A DNA stretch of 51,486 bases, taken from Octopus sinensis. Its lineage: Eukaryota. Below the pieces are notes generated by a model, which saw only the letters and a program-made list of their open reading frames with translations, was not told the DNA's origin and ran no database searches. Shown piece by piece: positions 25,593-37,886 of this stretch. The translations under genes were made by a program, and so were the position numbers. Position 1 is the first letter of the stretch, and each line of letters starts with the position of its first letter. The DNA lies in assembly GCF_006345805.1 (NCBI RefSeq), contig NW_021834021.1, positions 1 to 51,486 of the forward strand. Reading direction: 5' to 3'.

Positions 25593-27249
25593 ATTTCTGT
25601 GTAACTGTTGTTGTTTAGCCTCAGATTAACCTTGACCAAACAGAGACTTATGATCAAACGCATTCCAGCCAAGACCATCATGCCTATTTCCAAAGAGAAC
25701 CCACAACCACATTGTCCAATATGCCCTTCTGTACAGTGGTATCGTGTGAATTTAGCTACCAATTCTAGCAGGTATATCAACCACATAGTGATCCCTTCAC
25801 TGGTTTGGCTCCTTTGTTAAAAATTCACATTTAAAATAAAGACAAACTTTGAAATGTTCATTTATTATTGTTGCTGTTGTTGTATATCTAATCCCCTCCC
25901 TAAACAACCCCATTGTTATATAGACAGCTTTAATATCGTCTGCTATATTGATAGTTATCTACCTTCATTTTTAGCTGAGAGTAGAATGCCTGGTATATAT
26001 ATATATTGATGCCTTTTCCCTTTATATATCCTATAGAGATAGTATTTCTATATAATACATGATGTATCTAAGGATATATCTCACTTTGTCCTGTTGTGGT
26101 TTAAGACAGGCTTCTCCAAAGTGGTGGTGGTTGAATAAAAATTCAGTGGGTTTTGAGTGCAATATACAATATTCTAATTTTATATTCTTACTTTATGACC
26201 TTCGTTATTTACTAATGACTGCAATTTCCGTCAGTAAAAATAAAACTTCACTATTATACATATGAAAATAAATCAAAAAAATTATAATTAAACAATAGCT
26301 GTGCTGAAAAATCCTGACACAACATTTGTTGTTTTAATTGCATGTGATTGTGGAAAAGCCACAGTGTCTCCCTCTTCTTAAGTAACTTCAGATAAAGGAA
26401 GAGTACAATTCTTCCCTACAATATTTACCTTCATATTACTCCACTGTTATTTTAATTTGAAATTAGATTTCAAGTTCTTACAGCAGAGACCAAGATTAAA
26501 TAAGTAAAACACATGAGACCTTTATGTACATTATAAGATGTGACAGGAAGCTCTACCGAGCAGACTTTTGTGGAATTGGAAAGGAAGATTCATAAGTATT
26601 TTCCACTTTTTATTGGATTCTTTTGTGATAGAAGTGAACAAACCTGATTGTTTTCAAATTAAATAATCAAGATATTTAAATTAGATAAAAAGGAACTTTA
26701 TTCAGAAATTGATAATTACTATTAAAGCAAAACGAAATTTTACCGGTGAGTGTGTTAAATAATAAGGCACTAAAAGAGAATGACTCTCCCCAGACACAAC
26801 AAAATTATTTTGTATCAAACTTTGTACAAAATTCTTCTAAATAAATTGATAACATAAGTTTCTGATTTTTTGCTTGGATAACTGGGGGAGAAATTCTATT
26901 CACACATTATATGCCATGTAAATACACAACAAAATAATAAGGCTGTTCAAAGCTATAGGTTACTGTTTATATAGACCAGCTGGAGCAAATTTAGTTTAAC
27001 ATTTAATGCGTAGCAATAAACTCATTTATAAAAGTGTTAGTTTTCTTTAAATTGAGAAAATGTAAGACTTTTAGTGACTTTATAAAACTAAAAAGAGTAA
27101 CTTCAAACTTTGATGACCCCAGACAAATTCCTTTACTGACTGAGATCTTCATCTTGTTCTGGTCAATGACTGTCAAAGTAATTTTCATATTTTAAAAGCA
27201 TCAAAAGGAAAATTTGTTGCCTAGAGAAGAGAGGTTGAATTTGTCATCC

Positions 27250-27542
27250 GACTCGTAGCCGATGCCAGTACCGCCTCGTCTGGCTTCCGTGCCGGTGGCA
27301 CATAAAATGCACCAATCCGACTGTGGCCGTTGCCAGCCTCGCCTGGCACCTGTGCAGGTGGCACGTAAAAAGCACCCACTACACTCACGGAGTGGTTGGC
27401 GTTAGGAAGGGCATCCAGCTGTAGAAACACTGCCAGATAAGACTGGAGCCTGGGGCAGCCTTCTGGCTTCCCAGATCCCCGGTCGAACTGTCCAACCCAT
27501 GCTAGCATGGAGAACGGACGTTAAACGACGATGATGATGATA
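27250..27542 (+). mobile_element. RTE-family 3' UTR copy with GAT tail; another copy at ~36715-37073 (+)
   Basis: gtgccggtggcac repeats ... catgctagcatggagaacggacgttaaacgacgatgatga. Confidence 0.8.
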
Positions 27543-27559
27543 AAAGCACAGAGAATAAT

Positions 27560-27678
27560 GATGGACTGGACATTTTCTTTAGATTAATGATCAGAGGATC
27601 CCTAAACAGATGCTATATGCTAAACTTCTTTATGGAAAGAGCCCCCAGCAGAAACGAAGACTACGATTTAAGGACTGT
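27560..27678 (+). mobile_element. Short RTE C-terminal coding fragment
   Basis: RWTGHFL..NDQRIPKQMLYAKLLYGK...RLRFKDC. Confidence 0.65.
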
Positions 27679-27681
27679 ATA

Positions 27682-27737
<56 letters not shown>

Positions 27738-27740
<3 letters not shown>

Positions 27741-27869
27741 TAAGCAATTAAGGGTTTAGCAACGAATTGCCTCACCACACACCGAATTTAGAAATAGCAG
27801 TCAAAGAGTTATAGCTATTCTTTCTACTAAAAGGGGGATCTCAGTTGCTAAACCCTTAATTGCTTAGTA
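27738..27869. mobile_element. MITE-like element with perfect 26-bp inverted termini
   Basis: tactaagcaattaagggtttagcaac (27738-27763) / gttgctaaacccttaattgcttagta (27844-27869). Confidence 0.7.
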
Positions 27870-27970
27870 TTACTTAAATTTTCCTCGAATGAGGCTTTTA
27901 CATGCCGAAATCTACTTGGTGTAATTAATAATTATTCCAAATTAATTAATTTCACCCTTTATTGTTACTG

Positions 27971-28004
<34 letters not shown>

Positions 28005-28686
28005 CGGATACTTACCAGGCTGAAAAATGTACTTTAATGAGGTCAATTGGTTCGACTAAAAATCCTGCAAGGCGGTAACCCAGCATGGCCGCAATTTAAT
28101 GACTGAAACAATTAAAAAAAGAAGAAGCAATATACGAAAATTGTTATCGATGTCAACAACTTCTCCGTCCCGCTTTCACAAATTCAGCGAAACAGAAATG
28201 AAAGCACACACACACACACACACACACACATATTGGCTGACCCACACACTCATACAATTTCTTCAGAATGTCACGGTTTTAAGGTCAACATTTTTAAAGC
28301 ATAAATAGCTACGAGTGTGCGTTTTTGCATGTATCTATATGTGTGGGTGTTTGTGCGTGTGTGAGCACAGTCCACCCATACCCATGTTGGTCGCATCGTC
28401 TCATTTGACCCAGCCACGAAATTTTTTTTCTCCCTCGAGTGTTCCGGATCCCATTAATGAACTAATTTGCATACAACCAGTCAGAGCTCACCTTCAACTT
28501 GTTGTCAGGTTAATAAACAGGAGTGTCTGTATGGGAAGTAGCTCGCTTACCAACCACATAGTTCCGTGTTCAATCCCACTACATGGCACCATGGGCAAAT
28601 GTCTTCTACCATAGCCTACGGACCGACCAAAGCTTTGTCAGTGGATTTTGTACACGGAAACAGAAGGAAGCCCGTCGTATATATGA

Positions 28687-28730
<44 letters not shown>

Positions 28731-28961
28731 GTGTGTGTGTATGTTACTGTGTCTGTGTTTGTCCTCCCAACATAGTTTCACAACCGATGCTGGTGTGTTT
28801 GCGTCCCCTTAACTTAGCGGTTCGGTATAGGAGACCGATAGAATAAGTACTAGGTTTACAAATAATAGGTCCTCAGGTCGATCTACTGGACAAAAGTCGG
28901 TGCTCCAGCATGGCCACAGTCAAATGACTGAAACATGTAAAAGAGTATACAATATATATAG

Positions 28962-29024
<63 letters not shown>

Positions 29025-30128
29025 CAACCATATATGTATACATACATATATATATATATGGTTATAATTCGGAATGGTCATTTTGCCAGTTTAGGCAATA
29101 AATATATAAACATAGTCGCTGGAGTGGCAGTGTGGCTTGCTAACCAAACACATGGTTCTGGGTTCAGTCCCACTGCGTGGCATCTTGGGCAAGTGTCTTC
29201 TGCTATAGCCCCGGGCCGACCAAAGCCTTTTGAGTGGATTTGGTAGATGGAAACTGAAAGAAGCCCGTCGTATACATGTACATATATATATATGTATGTG
29301 TGTGTTTGTGTGTCTGTGTTTGTCCTCCTAGCATTGCTTGACAACCGATGCTGGTGTGTTTATGTCCCCGTCACTTAGCGGTTCGGCAAAAGAGACCGAT
29401 AGAATAAGTACTGGGCTTACAAAGAATAAGTCCCGGGGTCGATTTGCTCGACTAAAGCTGGTGCTCCAGCATGGCCGCAGTCAAATGACTGAAACAAGTA
29501 ATATATATATATATATATATATATATAGATATAGATATATAGATATATATATATGTATCTATATATCTATCTATCTATTTATCTATATATCTTCATACAT
29601 ACATACATACATACATACATACATACATACATACGTACATACATACATACATGCATACATACATACATACATAGGTGTATATACTCAGACACGCATATCT
29701 GAAACAAAATAATAACCAAGGGTTGTACTAGATATTGTTATTACTTTATATAGTTGTGGCGTGTAATTAAATGTAAATTATAAGCTAGTTGATGTTTAAT
29801 TGTTAAAGGTATCAGCAGGAAGCTTGCATGCGTATGTGTGTCTGTTGGTGCGCCAATGCTCGTGTCCCCTTCGCAAGCGAAAAACGAACCCATTTCAATT
29901 CGAAACTCTCACGTCGGTTTTATATGACGCAAGGGAAGTGATTCTAGATGTTATTTTTTATACCCTTCAGCCTTCATCAGGTGTCTTGGGGAAATTTGAG
30001 TTCACATTCCTAAGGTATTTTTTGGTACCTGTATCTATAGATATATTTCTCTCTCTTTCTCTCTCTCTCCCTCTCTCTCTCTCTCTCCTCGCACACATAT
30101 ATGTATATAGATAGATAGATAGATAGAT

Positions 30129-30171
<43 letters not shown>

Positions 30172-30660
30172 TGTTTCTTTATTAGCCACACAGTGCTGCA
30201 CACAGATAGAACAAATTACAAGGTAGAGCTTTTCTTTTGAAGGTTTAAAAAAAAAAGGAAAGGGGGGAGTTTCGATCAAAAGGGATCGTAAAAGGAGAGA
30301 AAGAGGACAAAAAAGGGGGGGTGAAAAGAGGGAGAGGAAAAAAAAAAAATTGATCAATAGGGATCGTTATCACAGAAATGTCAATATGAAGTGTAAAGGG
30401 GAGGACAGGTGAGGTTTACCCGTGGAAAGAAAAGCCTACGGAAAAGACCACGGTAACCTCGGTCAATGAAGTCACATTTTATATTTTTTTTTTTTTTTTT
30501 TTTTTTGCAAATAAGCAAATCTCTGTTTTCAATTTCTGGGTTCATAGGATTATGCTCAAGGTGGCTTCGTCATTCATACGTGCCATTCTTGCTACATTCA
30601 CCCATCTTTTTTTAAAACATACGCTCGACAAAACTTGCCTCTCTACTCTCACTTTCCTTA
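30172..30660 (-). mobile_element. 5'-truncated Tx1-clade copy related to 174-6107, with (GATA)n on both flanks
   Basis: Encodes RKVRVERQVLSSVCFKKRWVNVARMARMNDEATLSIIL* (cf. RKVRMEREVLSRERLKKRWVNVAKMVRASNETILSMIL*); same 3' end aaagaaaagctct...ctgtgtggctaataaa; GATA tracts 30106-30171 and 30661-30945. Confidence 0.92.
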
Positions 30661-30675
30661 GATAGATAGATAGAT

Positions 30676-30760
<85 letters not shown>

Positions 30761-30787
30761 GATAAATAGATAGATAGATAGATAGAG

Positions 30788-30846
<59 letters not shown>

Positions 30847-30870
30847 AAGAGAGATAGATAGATAGATAGT

Positions 30871-30938
<68 letters not shown>

Positions 30939-31034
30939 CAGACAGAGAAGTATAAAGACAAGTAGTGTGTATGTTCATACACTTCTTGTGCGCCTGTATG
31001 AATAGCAGACAATAACAAAAGAAAATCCAAAAAA

Positions 31035-31350
31035 TTAACGAGAAATATCATAGAAGCCAGAATATTTTTTGTCTTTGGAAAAGGTGAAGATATATTTATG
31101 CCTCACTTAAGTTTAATACCTTCAAATATTCCCTTCGAACTCAAACAACTTCAATTTCCAATACGTCAGTCTCTTGCGATGTCCATTGATAAGTACCAAG
31201 ATCAGACATTCAAAGTTACTTCTTTGCAATTAGAGAAGGCTTGTTTTTCACACAGACATATCCTGGGGTTCCAGAGTGGGGAGCAAAGACAATTTTTTCA
31301 TTTTCACCCCTACAGGTAAAACTCAAACCAATGTCTATAAGGACGTTTTT
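31035..31350 (+). pseudogene. Helitron RepHel (PIF1-type helicase) C-terminal fragment
   Basis: PHLSLIPSNIPFELKQLQFPIRQSLAMSIDKYQDQT...CFSH...SRVGSKDNFFIFTPTGKT matches the decayed FPVRLSFAMSINKSQGQT...CFSHGQLYV..SRVG motif. Confidence 0.85.
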
Positions 31351-31531
31351 AGCATGGGATCAACGGACAAGATTTGCAGAATGAATAAAAACTTTGAATT
31401 GAAATTGTCAACGCAACACTATATTCGCATAAGAAAATGTGTTTCTATTTTTTGGTTGTTGTAATACTGAAGTTCAATAATTCCGTTGTGTCTGGAGAGA
31501 ATCATTTTCTTTTTGTGCCTTATTATGTAAA

Positions 31532-31618
31532 ACACTCACCGGTAAAATTCCCACTTTTTTCTTATTTTTATTGTCCTAAAATTTTCGTTGCGTCTTGCAA
31601 CCTATATACATATGTATG

Positions 31619-31664
<46 letters not shown>

Positions 31665-31715
31665 TTGCAAGTACAATAAAAATAAGAAAAAAGTGGGAAT
31701 TTTACCGGTGAGTGT
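31532..31715. repeat. 37-bp inverted repeat bracketing a (TA)n tract
   Basis: acactcaccggtaaaattcccacttttttcttatttt (31532-31568) and its reverse complement (31679-31715); motif fragment also at ~26740. Confidence 0.8.
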
Positions 31716-31726
31716 GTTATATTATA

Positions 31727-32586
31727 ACATCCGAAAGGATGAAAGGCAAAGTCGACCTCGGCGGAATTGTTGAACTCAGAACGTAACGGCAGACGAAATA
31801 CCTATTTCTTTACTACCCATAAGGGGATAAACACCGACGGGACAAACAAGGACAGACAAACGGATTAAGTCATCTATATCGACCCCAGTGCGTAACTGGT
31901 ACTTATTTAATGGACCCCGAAAGGATGAAAGGCAAAGTCGACCTCGGCGGAATTTGAACTCAGAACGTAACGGCAGATGAAATACCTATTTCTTTACTAC
32001 CCACAAGGGGATAAACACAGAGAGGACAAACAAGGACAGACAAACGGATTAAGTCGGTAATATCGACCCTAGTGCGTAACTGGTACTTATTTAATGGACC
32101 CCGAAAGGATGAAAGGCAAAGTCGACCTCGGCGGAATTTGAACTCAGAACGTAACGGCAGATGAAATACCTATTTCTTTACTACCCACAAGGGGATAAAC
32201 ACAGAGAGGACAAACAAGGACAGACAAACGGATTAAGTCGTCTGTATCGACCCCAGTGCGTAACTGGTACTTATTTAATGGACCCCGAAAGGATGAAAGG
32301 CAAAGTCGACCTCGGCGGAATTTGAACTCAGAACGTAACGGCAGACGAAATACCTATTTCTTTACTACCCACAAGGGGCTAAACACAGACGGGACAAACA
32401 AGGACAGACAAACGGATTAAGTCGGTAATATCGACCCTAGTGCGTAACTGGTACTTATTTAATGGACCCCGAAAGGATGAAAGGCTAAGTCGACCTCGGC
32501 GGAATTTGAACCCAGAACGTAAGGGCAGACGAAATACTGCTAAGCATTTCGCCCGGCGTGCAAACGTTTCTGCCAGCTCGCGCCTT
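31727..32586 (-). mobile_element. tRNA-derived SINE (family 3) head followed by four 184-bp internal tandem units
   Basis: gaaaggatgaaaggc anchors at 31733, 31919, 32103, 32287 and 32471; tRNA-like head aaggcg..gagctggcagaaacgtt at the right end; related copies at ~39890-39990 and ~45505-45940. Confidence 0.88.
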
Positions 32587-32994
32587 AATAAAAGCGAAAT
32601 TCCCTTGTGCCTGTGACCCCTGTCCCTCAGTCTACATAGACATATTCTACCTTTTTGGAATCAGGATGATCCCAGGATTGAAACTCTGCTCTTCATTTGG
32701 TTCTTGAAGATCCAGTATTGGGATGTGGTTTAAAACCATTTTGGCTGCTATTTCTAGCAGATAAAGCCACAGTGGGAGGTACAAGAGTTACGTCCCTTAG
32801 TTTTAAAGTGTTACCAAGGAATTTTGTAGTTTTTTTCACTTTTTCAGTTATTAGACTGCGGCCACGCTGGGGCACCGCATTGAAGAATTTTAATCTAAGA
32901 AATTGACACCAGTTATTTCTCATTTTTGTCTGGTAGATTTTATTGGCCTATTATAGCGAACCGCTAAGTCACATGGAGATAAACGTAAATGACA

Positions 32995-33574
32995 GACACA
33001 CACACAAAGCCACAATACACACGCGCACACACACACACACATACATACATACATACATACATACGTACATACATACACACATACATACATACATACATAC
33101 ACACATACATACATACATACATACATACGTACATACGTACATGCATACGTATATACATACGTACATACGTACATACATACATACATACATACATACATAC
33201 AAACACATACATACATACGTACATACGTACATACATACATACATAATACGTACATACATACATACATACGTACATACTTACGTACATTCTTACGTACATA
33301 CATACATACATACATACATACATACACATACATACGTACATACATACATACATAATACGTACATACATACATCCATACGTACATACTTACGTACATTCTT
33401 ACGTACATACATACATACATACATACATACATACATACATACACATACATACATACGTACATACGTACATACATACATACATAATACGTACATACATACA
33501 TACATACGTACATACGTACATACATACATACATAATACATACATACATACCACATACATACACACAGAAATGTA

Positions 33575-33655
<81 letters not shown>
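32995..33655. repeat. Complex (ACAT/ACGT)n microsatellite then (AT)n
   Basis: Direct reading. Confidence 0.95.
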
Positions 33656-33657
<2 letters not shown>

Positions 33658-34418
33658 TCATCGTTTAACGTCATTTTTCCATGCTAGCATGGGTTGGACG
33701 GTTCGACCGTCGTCTGGGAAGCCAGGAGGCTGCACCAGGCTCCAATCTGATCAGGTATTGTCTCTACAACTGGATGCCCTTCCTAACGCCAACCACTCTG
33801 AGTTTAGAGGGCGCTTCTTACGTGCCACCAGCACAGGTACCCCAGGAGGCTGGCAACGGTCACGATCGGTTGGTGCTTTTTATGTGCCCCCAGCACGGAA
33901 GCCAGTCAAGACGGCGGTGGCATCAGCCTCGTTGAGATGGTGTTTTGTATGTGCCACTGGCACGGGTATCACAACTACAATTTCCATTTGATTTTTATTT
34001 CGATGTTGATGTACTTGTCTCAGTAGGTCTCCTCAAGCACAGCAGGTCACCCTACGATCGAAGGTAAGCACAGTAGGCCGTCCTGAGATCCAAGGTATTT
34101 TCGATGGGTTGGGGCTGTTATGTGAAGCTGGTGCAGGAAACAGCCTCACGTTATTTGTCGGGTCTTCGCTGTCACAGCATATCTCCAGAGGTCTCGGTCT
34201 TTCGTCATTGCCTCTGTGAGGCCCAACGCTCGAAGATCAAGCTTGATCACCTTATTCCACGTCTTCCTGGGTCTACCTCTACCCCGGATACCTTCAACTG
34301 TTTGGGAGTGGCACTTCTTCGCACATCTCTCCTCATCCCTCCGGAGTACATGACTATACCAGCGCAAACTTCTTTCTTGCATGCCACATCCGATGCTTGT
34401 TATGTCCAGCATTTCTCT
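33655..34418 (-). mobile_element. 5'-truncated RTE LINE (ORF C-terminus + 3' UTR + GAT tail); another 3' UTR copy at ~43021-43560 (-)
   Basis: QERSLRWYSHVLRRDEERCAKK...GRGRPRKTW...LWRYAV (34146-34421). Confidence 0.88.
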
Positions 34419-34662
34419 CATATATATATATTATTTTATAATTAATCAATATAGGCGGCAAAAAAATTTTGTAGAATTTTTTTGCCACCAGCGGCCTAGT
34501 GGGAAAAAAATTAAATAGTCATAGACCATTTTTAAGTTCAACATCAACAATCAAGGAACGGCCATAATAGGCCATTCACCCACTAGAAATAACAGCCAAA
34601 GCTTCAACCGCAAATAAAAATCAATTCCGTAAACAGGAGAAAATTTAAAAAACATTTACCCT

Positions 34663-34775
34663 GCAATTTCTTAGACGATGCACCGTTTCATCTGCTGTTT
34701 AATGGTAAACTAACCTGATTAAATTAAATCAAGCCAATCTTCCATAGGCCCTCAGATTCCTCAGTAAGAAATAGC
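34663..34775 (-). ncRNA. Type I hammerhead ribozyme (antisense-oriented unit)
   Basis: Reverse complement of the motif at 35476-35588. Confidence 0.85.
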
Positions 34776-35475
34776 CCAGTCGGAACAGATATTTTCACGA
34801 GGCATTTCCGACCCTGCCAAGGCAATATCTGACCTAAAATTTTCAAATCATCGCACTCGCGCCAAATTTATCGGCAGCAAATAAATATAAGCCGTCGATT
34901 CCATTACGGAATTAACCAGAAAATTCATAATTAATCAATATAGGGCGGCAAAAAAATTTTGTAGAATTTTTTTGCCACCAGCGGCCTAGTGGGAAAAAAA
35001 TTAAATAGTCATAGACCATTTTTAAGTTCAACATCAACAATCAAGGAACGGCCATAATAGGCCATTCACCCACTAGAAATAACAGCCAAAGCTTCAACCG
35101 CAAATAAAAATCAATTCCGTAAACAGGAGAAAATTTAAAAAACATTTACCCTGCAATTTCTTAGACTGTTATTTCTAGTGGGTGAATGGCCTATTATGGC
35201 CGTTCCTTGATTGTTGATGTTGAACTTAAAAATGGTCTATGACTATTTAATTTTTTTCCCACTAGGCCGCTGGTGGCAAAAAAATTCTACAAAATTTTTT
35301 TGCCGCCCTATATTGATTAATTATGAATTTTCTGGTTAATTCCGTAATGGAATCGACGGCTTATATTTATTTGCTGCCGATAAATTTGGCGCGAGTGCGA
35401 TGATTTGAAAATTTTAGGTCAGATATTGCCTTGGCAGGGTCGGAAATGCCTCGTGAAAATATCTGTTCCGACTGG

Positions 35476-35588
35476 GCTATTTCTTACTGAGGAATCTGAG
35501 GGCCTATGGAAGATTGGCTTGATTTAATTTAATCAGTTTAGTTTACCATTAAACAGCAGATGAAACGGTGCATCGTCTAAGAAATTGC
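35476..35588 (+). ncRNA. Type I hammerhead ribozyme, predicted cleavage after C35577 (GUC)
   Basis: Stem I GC-U-AUUUCUUA / UAAGAAAU-U-GC; core CUGAGGA (35487-35493); stem II AUCUG/CAGAU closing a 58-nt insert; GAAA (35562-35565); stem III ACGG(UGCA)UCGU; C17. Confidence 0.87.
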
Positions 35589-35964
35589 AGGGTAAATGTT
35601 TTTTAAATTTTCTCCTGTTACGGAATTGATTTTTATTTGCGGTTGAAGCTTTGGCTGTTATTTCTAGTGGGTGAATGGCCTATTATGGCCGTTCCTTGAT
35701 TGTTGATGTTGAACTTAAAAATGGTCTATGACTATTTAATTTTTTTCCCACTAGGCCGCTGGTGACAAAAAAATTCTACAAAATTTTTTTGCCGCCCTAT
35801 ATTGATTAATTATGAATTTTCTGGTTAATTCCGTAATGGAATCGACGGCTTATATTTATTTGCTGCCGATAAATTTGGCGCGAGTGCGATGATTTGAAAA
35901 TTTTAGGTCAGATAATGCCTTGGCAGGGTCGGAAATGCCTCGTGAAAATATCTGTTCCGACTGG

Positions 35965-36077
35965 GCTATTTCTTACTGAGGAATCTGAGGGCCTATGGAA
36001 GATTGGCTTGATTTAATTTAATCAGGTTAGTTTACCATTAAACAGCAGATGAAACGGTGCATCGTCTAAGAAATTGC
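35965..36077 (+). ncRNA. Type I hammerhead ribozyme, predicted cleavage after C36066
   Basis: Same core and stems as 35476-35588. Confidence 0.87.
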
Positions 36078-36454
36078 AGGGTAAATGTTTTTTAAATTTT
36101 CTCCTGTTTACGGAATTGATTTTTATTTGCGGTTGAAGCTTTGGCTGTTATTTCTAGTGGGTGAATGGCCTATTATGGCCGTTCCTTGATTGTTGATGTT
36201 GAACTTAAAAATGGTCTATGACTATTTAATTTTTTTCCCACTAGGCCGCTGGTGGCAAAAAAATTCTACAAAATTTTTTTGCCGCCCTATATTGATTAAT
36301 TATGAATTTTCTGGTTAATTCCGTAATGGAATCGACGGCTTATATTTATTTGCTGCCGATAAATTTGGCGCGAGTGCGATGATTTGAAAATTTTAGGTCA
36401 GATATTGCCTTGACAGGGTCGGAAATGCCTCGTGAAAATATCTGTTCCGACTGG

Positions 36455-36567
36455 GCTATTTCTTACTGAGGAATCTGAGGGCCTATGGAAGATTGGCTTG
36501 ATTTAATTTAATCAGGTTAGTTTACCATTAAACAGCAGATGAAACGGTGCATCGTCTAAGAAATTGC
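36455..36567 (+). ncRNA. Type I hammerhead ribozyme, predicted cleavage after C36556
   Basis: Same core and stems as 35476-35588. Confidence 0.87.
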
Positions 36568-37365
36568 AGGGTAAATGTTTTTTAAATTTTCTCCTGTTTA
36601 CGGAATTGATTTTTATTTGCGGTTGAAGCTTTGGCTGTTATTTCTAGTGGGTGAATGGCCTATTATGGCCGTTCCTTGATTGTTGATATATTATTTTATA
36701 TATATTATATATATTCAATTCGAATCGAAATCCAATTGAACCAGCCAGAACCCCTGGTCTGGTGGTACGTAAAAAGCACTATCCGACTCGTGGCCGATGC
36801 CAGCGCCGCCTCGACTGGCTTCCGTGCCGGTGGCACGTAAAATGCACCAATCCGACCGTGGCCGTTGCCAGCCTCGCCTGGCACCTGTGCGGGTGGCACG
36901 TAAAAAGCACCCACTACACTCTCGGAGTGGTTGGCGTTAGGAAGGGCATCCAGCTGTAGAAACATTGCCAGATAAGACTGGAGCCTGGTGCAGCCTTCTG
37001 GCTTCCCAGATCCCCGGTCGAACCGTCCAACCCATGCTAGCATGGAGAATGGACATTAAACAATGATGATGATTTTATTTTTATTTTATCTAGTTTCATC
37101 TCACGAGCTGTGACCATGCTGGGGCACCACCATTCTGCTGGGGCACCGCCATTATATATAGATAGATAGATAGATAGATAGATTATCTCTTTGTCTAAAT
37201 GGAATAAGTATAAAAATGAATATTGTCAATTTAATTAAAAAGGTCCATATGGCTGAAGAGTGCTTTACATTTTAAATCTGATGTAATACTTACATTGTTT
37301 AATAAATGAAGTAGCATGAAACGATTGTACTACACTACCTTTGGATATCCTTGTTGCTTGTATTG

Positions 37366-37420
<55 letters not shown>

Positions 37421-37886
37421 TAAATATATATGGTGACTCCGGCACTCGGGCCATTCGAGCTTAGCCCGAATATAAATTTAATAAGGTGGACGTGTATCTA
37501 TAAGCTGATTTCTGCCAACACTGACTTCAAGTATGTAATTGCAGCCAATAACTTGGGCTCCTTTTATTGAGCCTGGTCGCTGTTGGTTTATTTTCGTTCA
37601 CCCTCTTTGTCAGAAAATATCATTCGTAGTAGACGTTCTCTCGACATCGTTCACACGCGCCTGACTCGGGCTCAGAAGTTACAGCCCGAGTTCTTATCAA
37701 TAATCGTAAAAATTAAAATTAATTCAAATACAATATTTTCTTGAAACTATAAATTTTTTGAAAGATTAATATTTAAATTCAAATCCATGAAAAGTTTGCG
37801 TTCTGTAATATTCTTAAAGGAACGTTATATGAAATTGTCACCCATAGTTATGACCCTAGTATCGATCTATTGCATTTCGATATGTT

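Larger units (their letters stand above)
34440..36687. mobile_element. Retrozyme-like tandem array of ~490-bp hammerhead-containing monomers: ~1.5 units antisense (34440-35166) + ~3.1 units sense (35167-36687), flanked by a 15-bp direct repeat
   Basis: Period 489-490 bp with only a handful of differences between units; ATATATTATTTTATA at 34426-34440 and 36686-36700; one hammerhead per complete unit. Confidence 0.88.

Noticed and set aside
31733-32586. Regularly spaced repeats as a CRISPR array
   Set aside because: Units are whole-length near-identical 184-mers with no unique spacers, in a eukaryotic SINE context; the same applies to the 490-bp array
35086-35166. Array inversion as a sequencing fold-back artefact
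   Set aside because: The junction is asymmetric (80-bp spacer), flanks differ on the two sides, and a 15-bp direct repeat brackets the whole array; artefact is disfavoured but needs read-level confirmation
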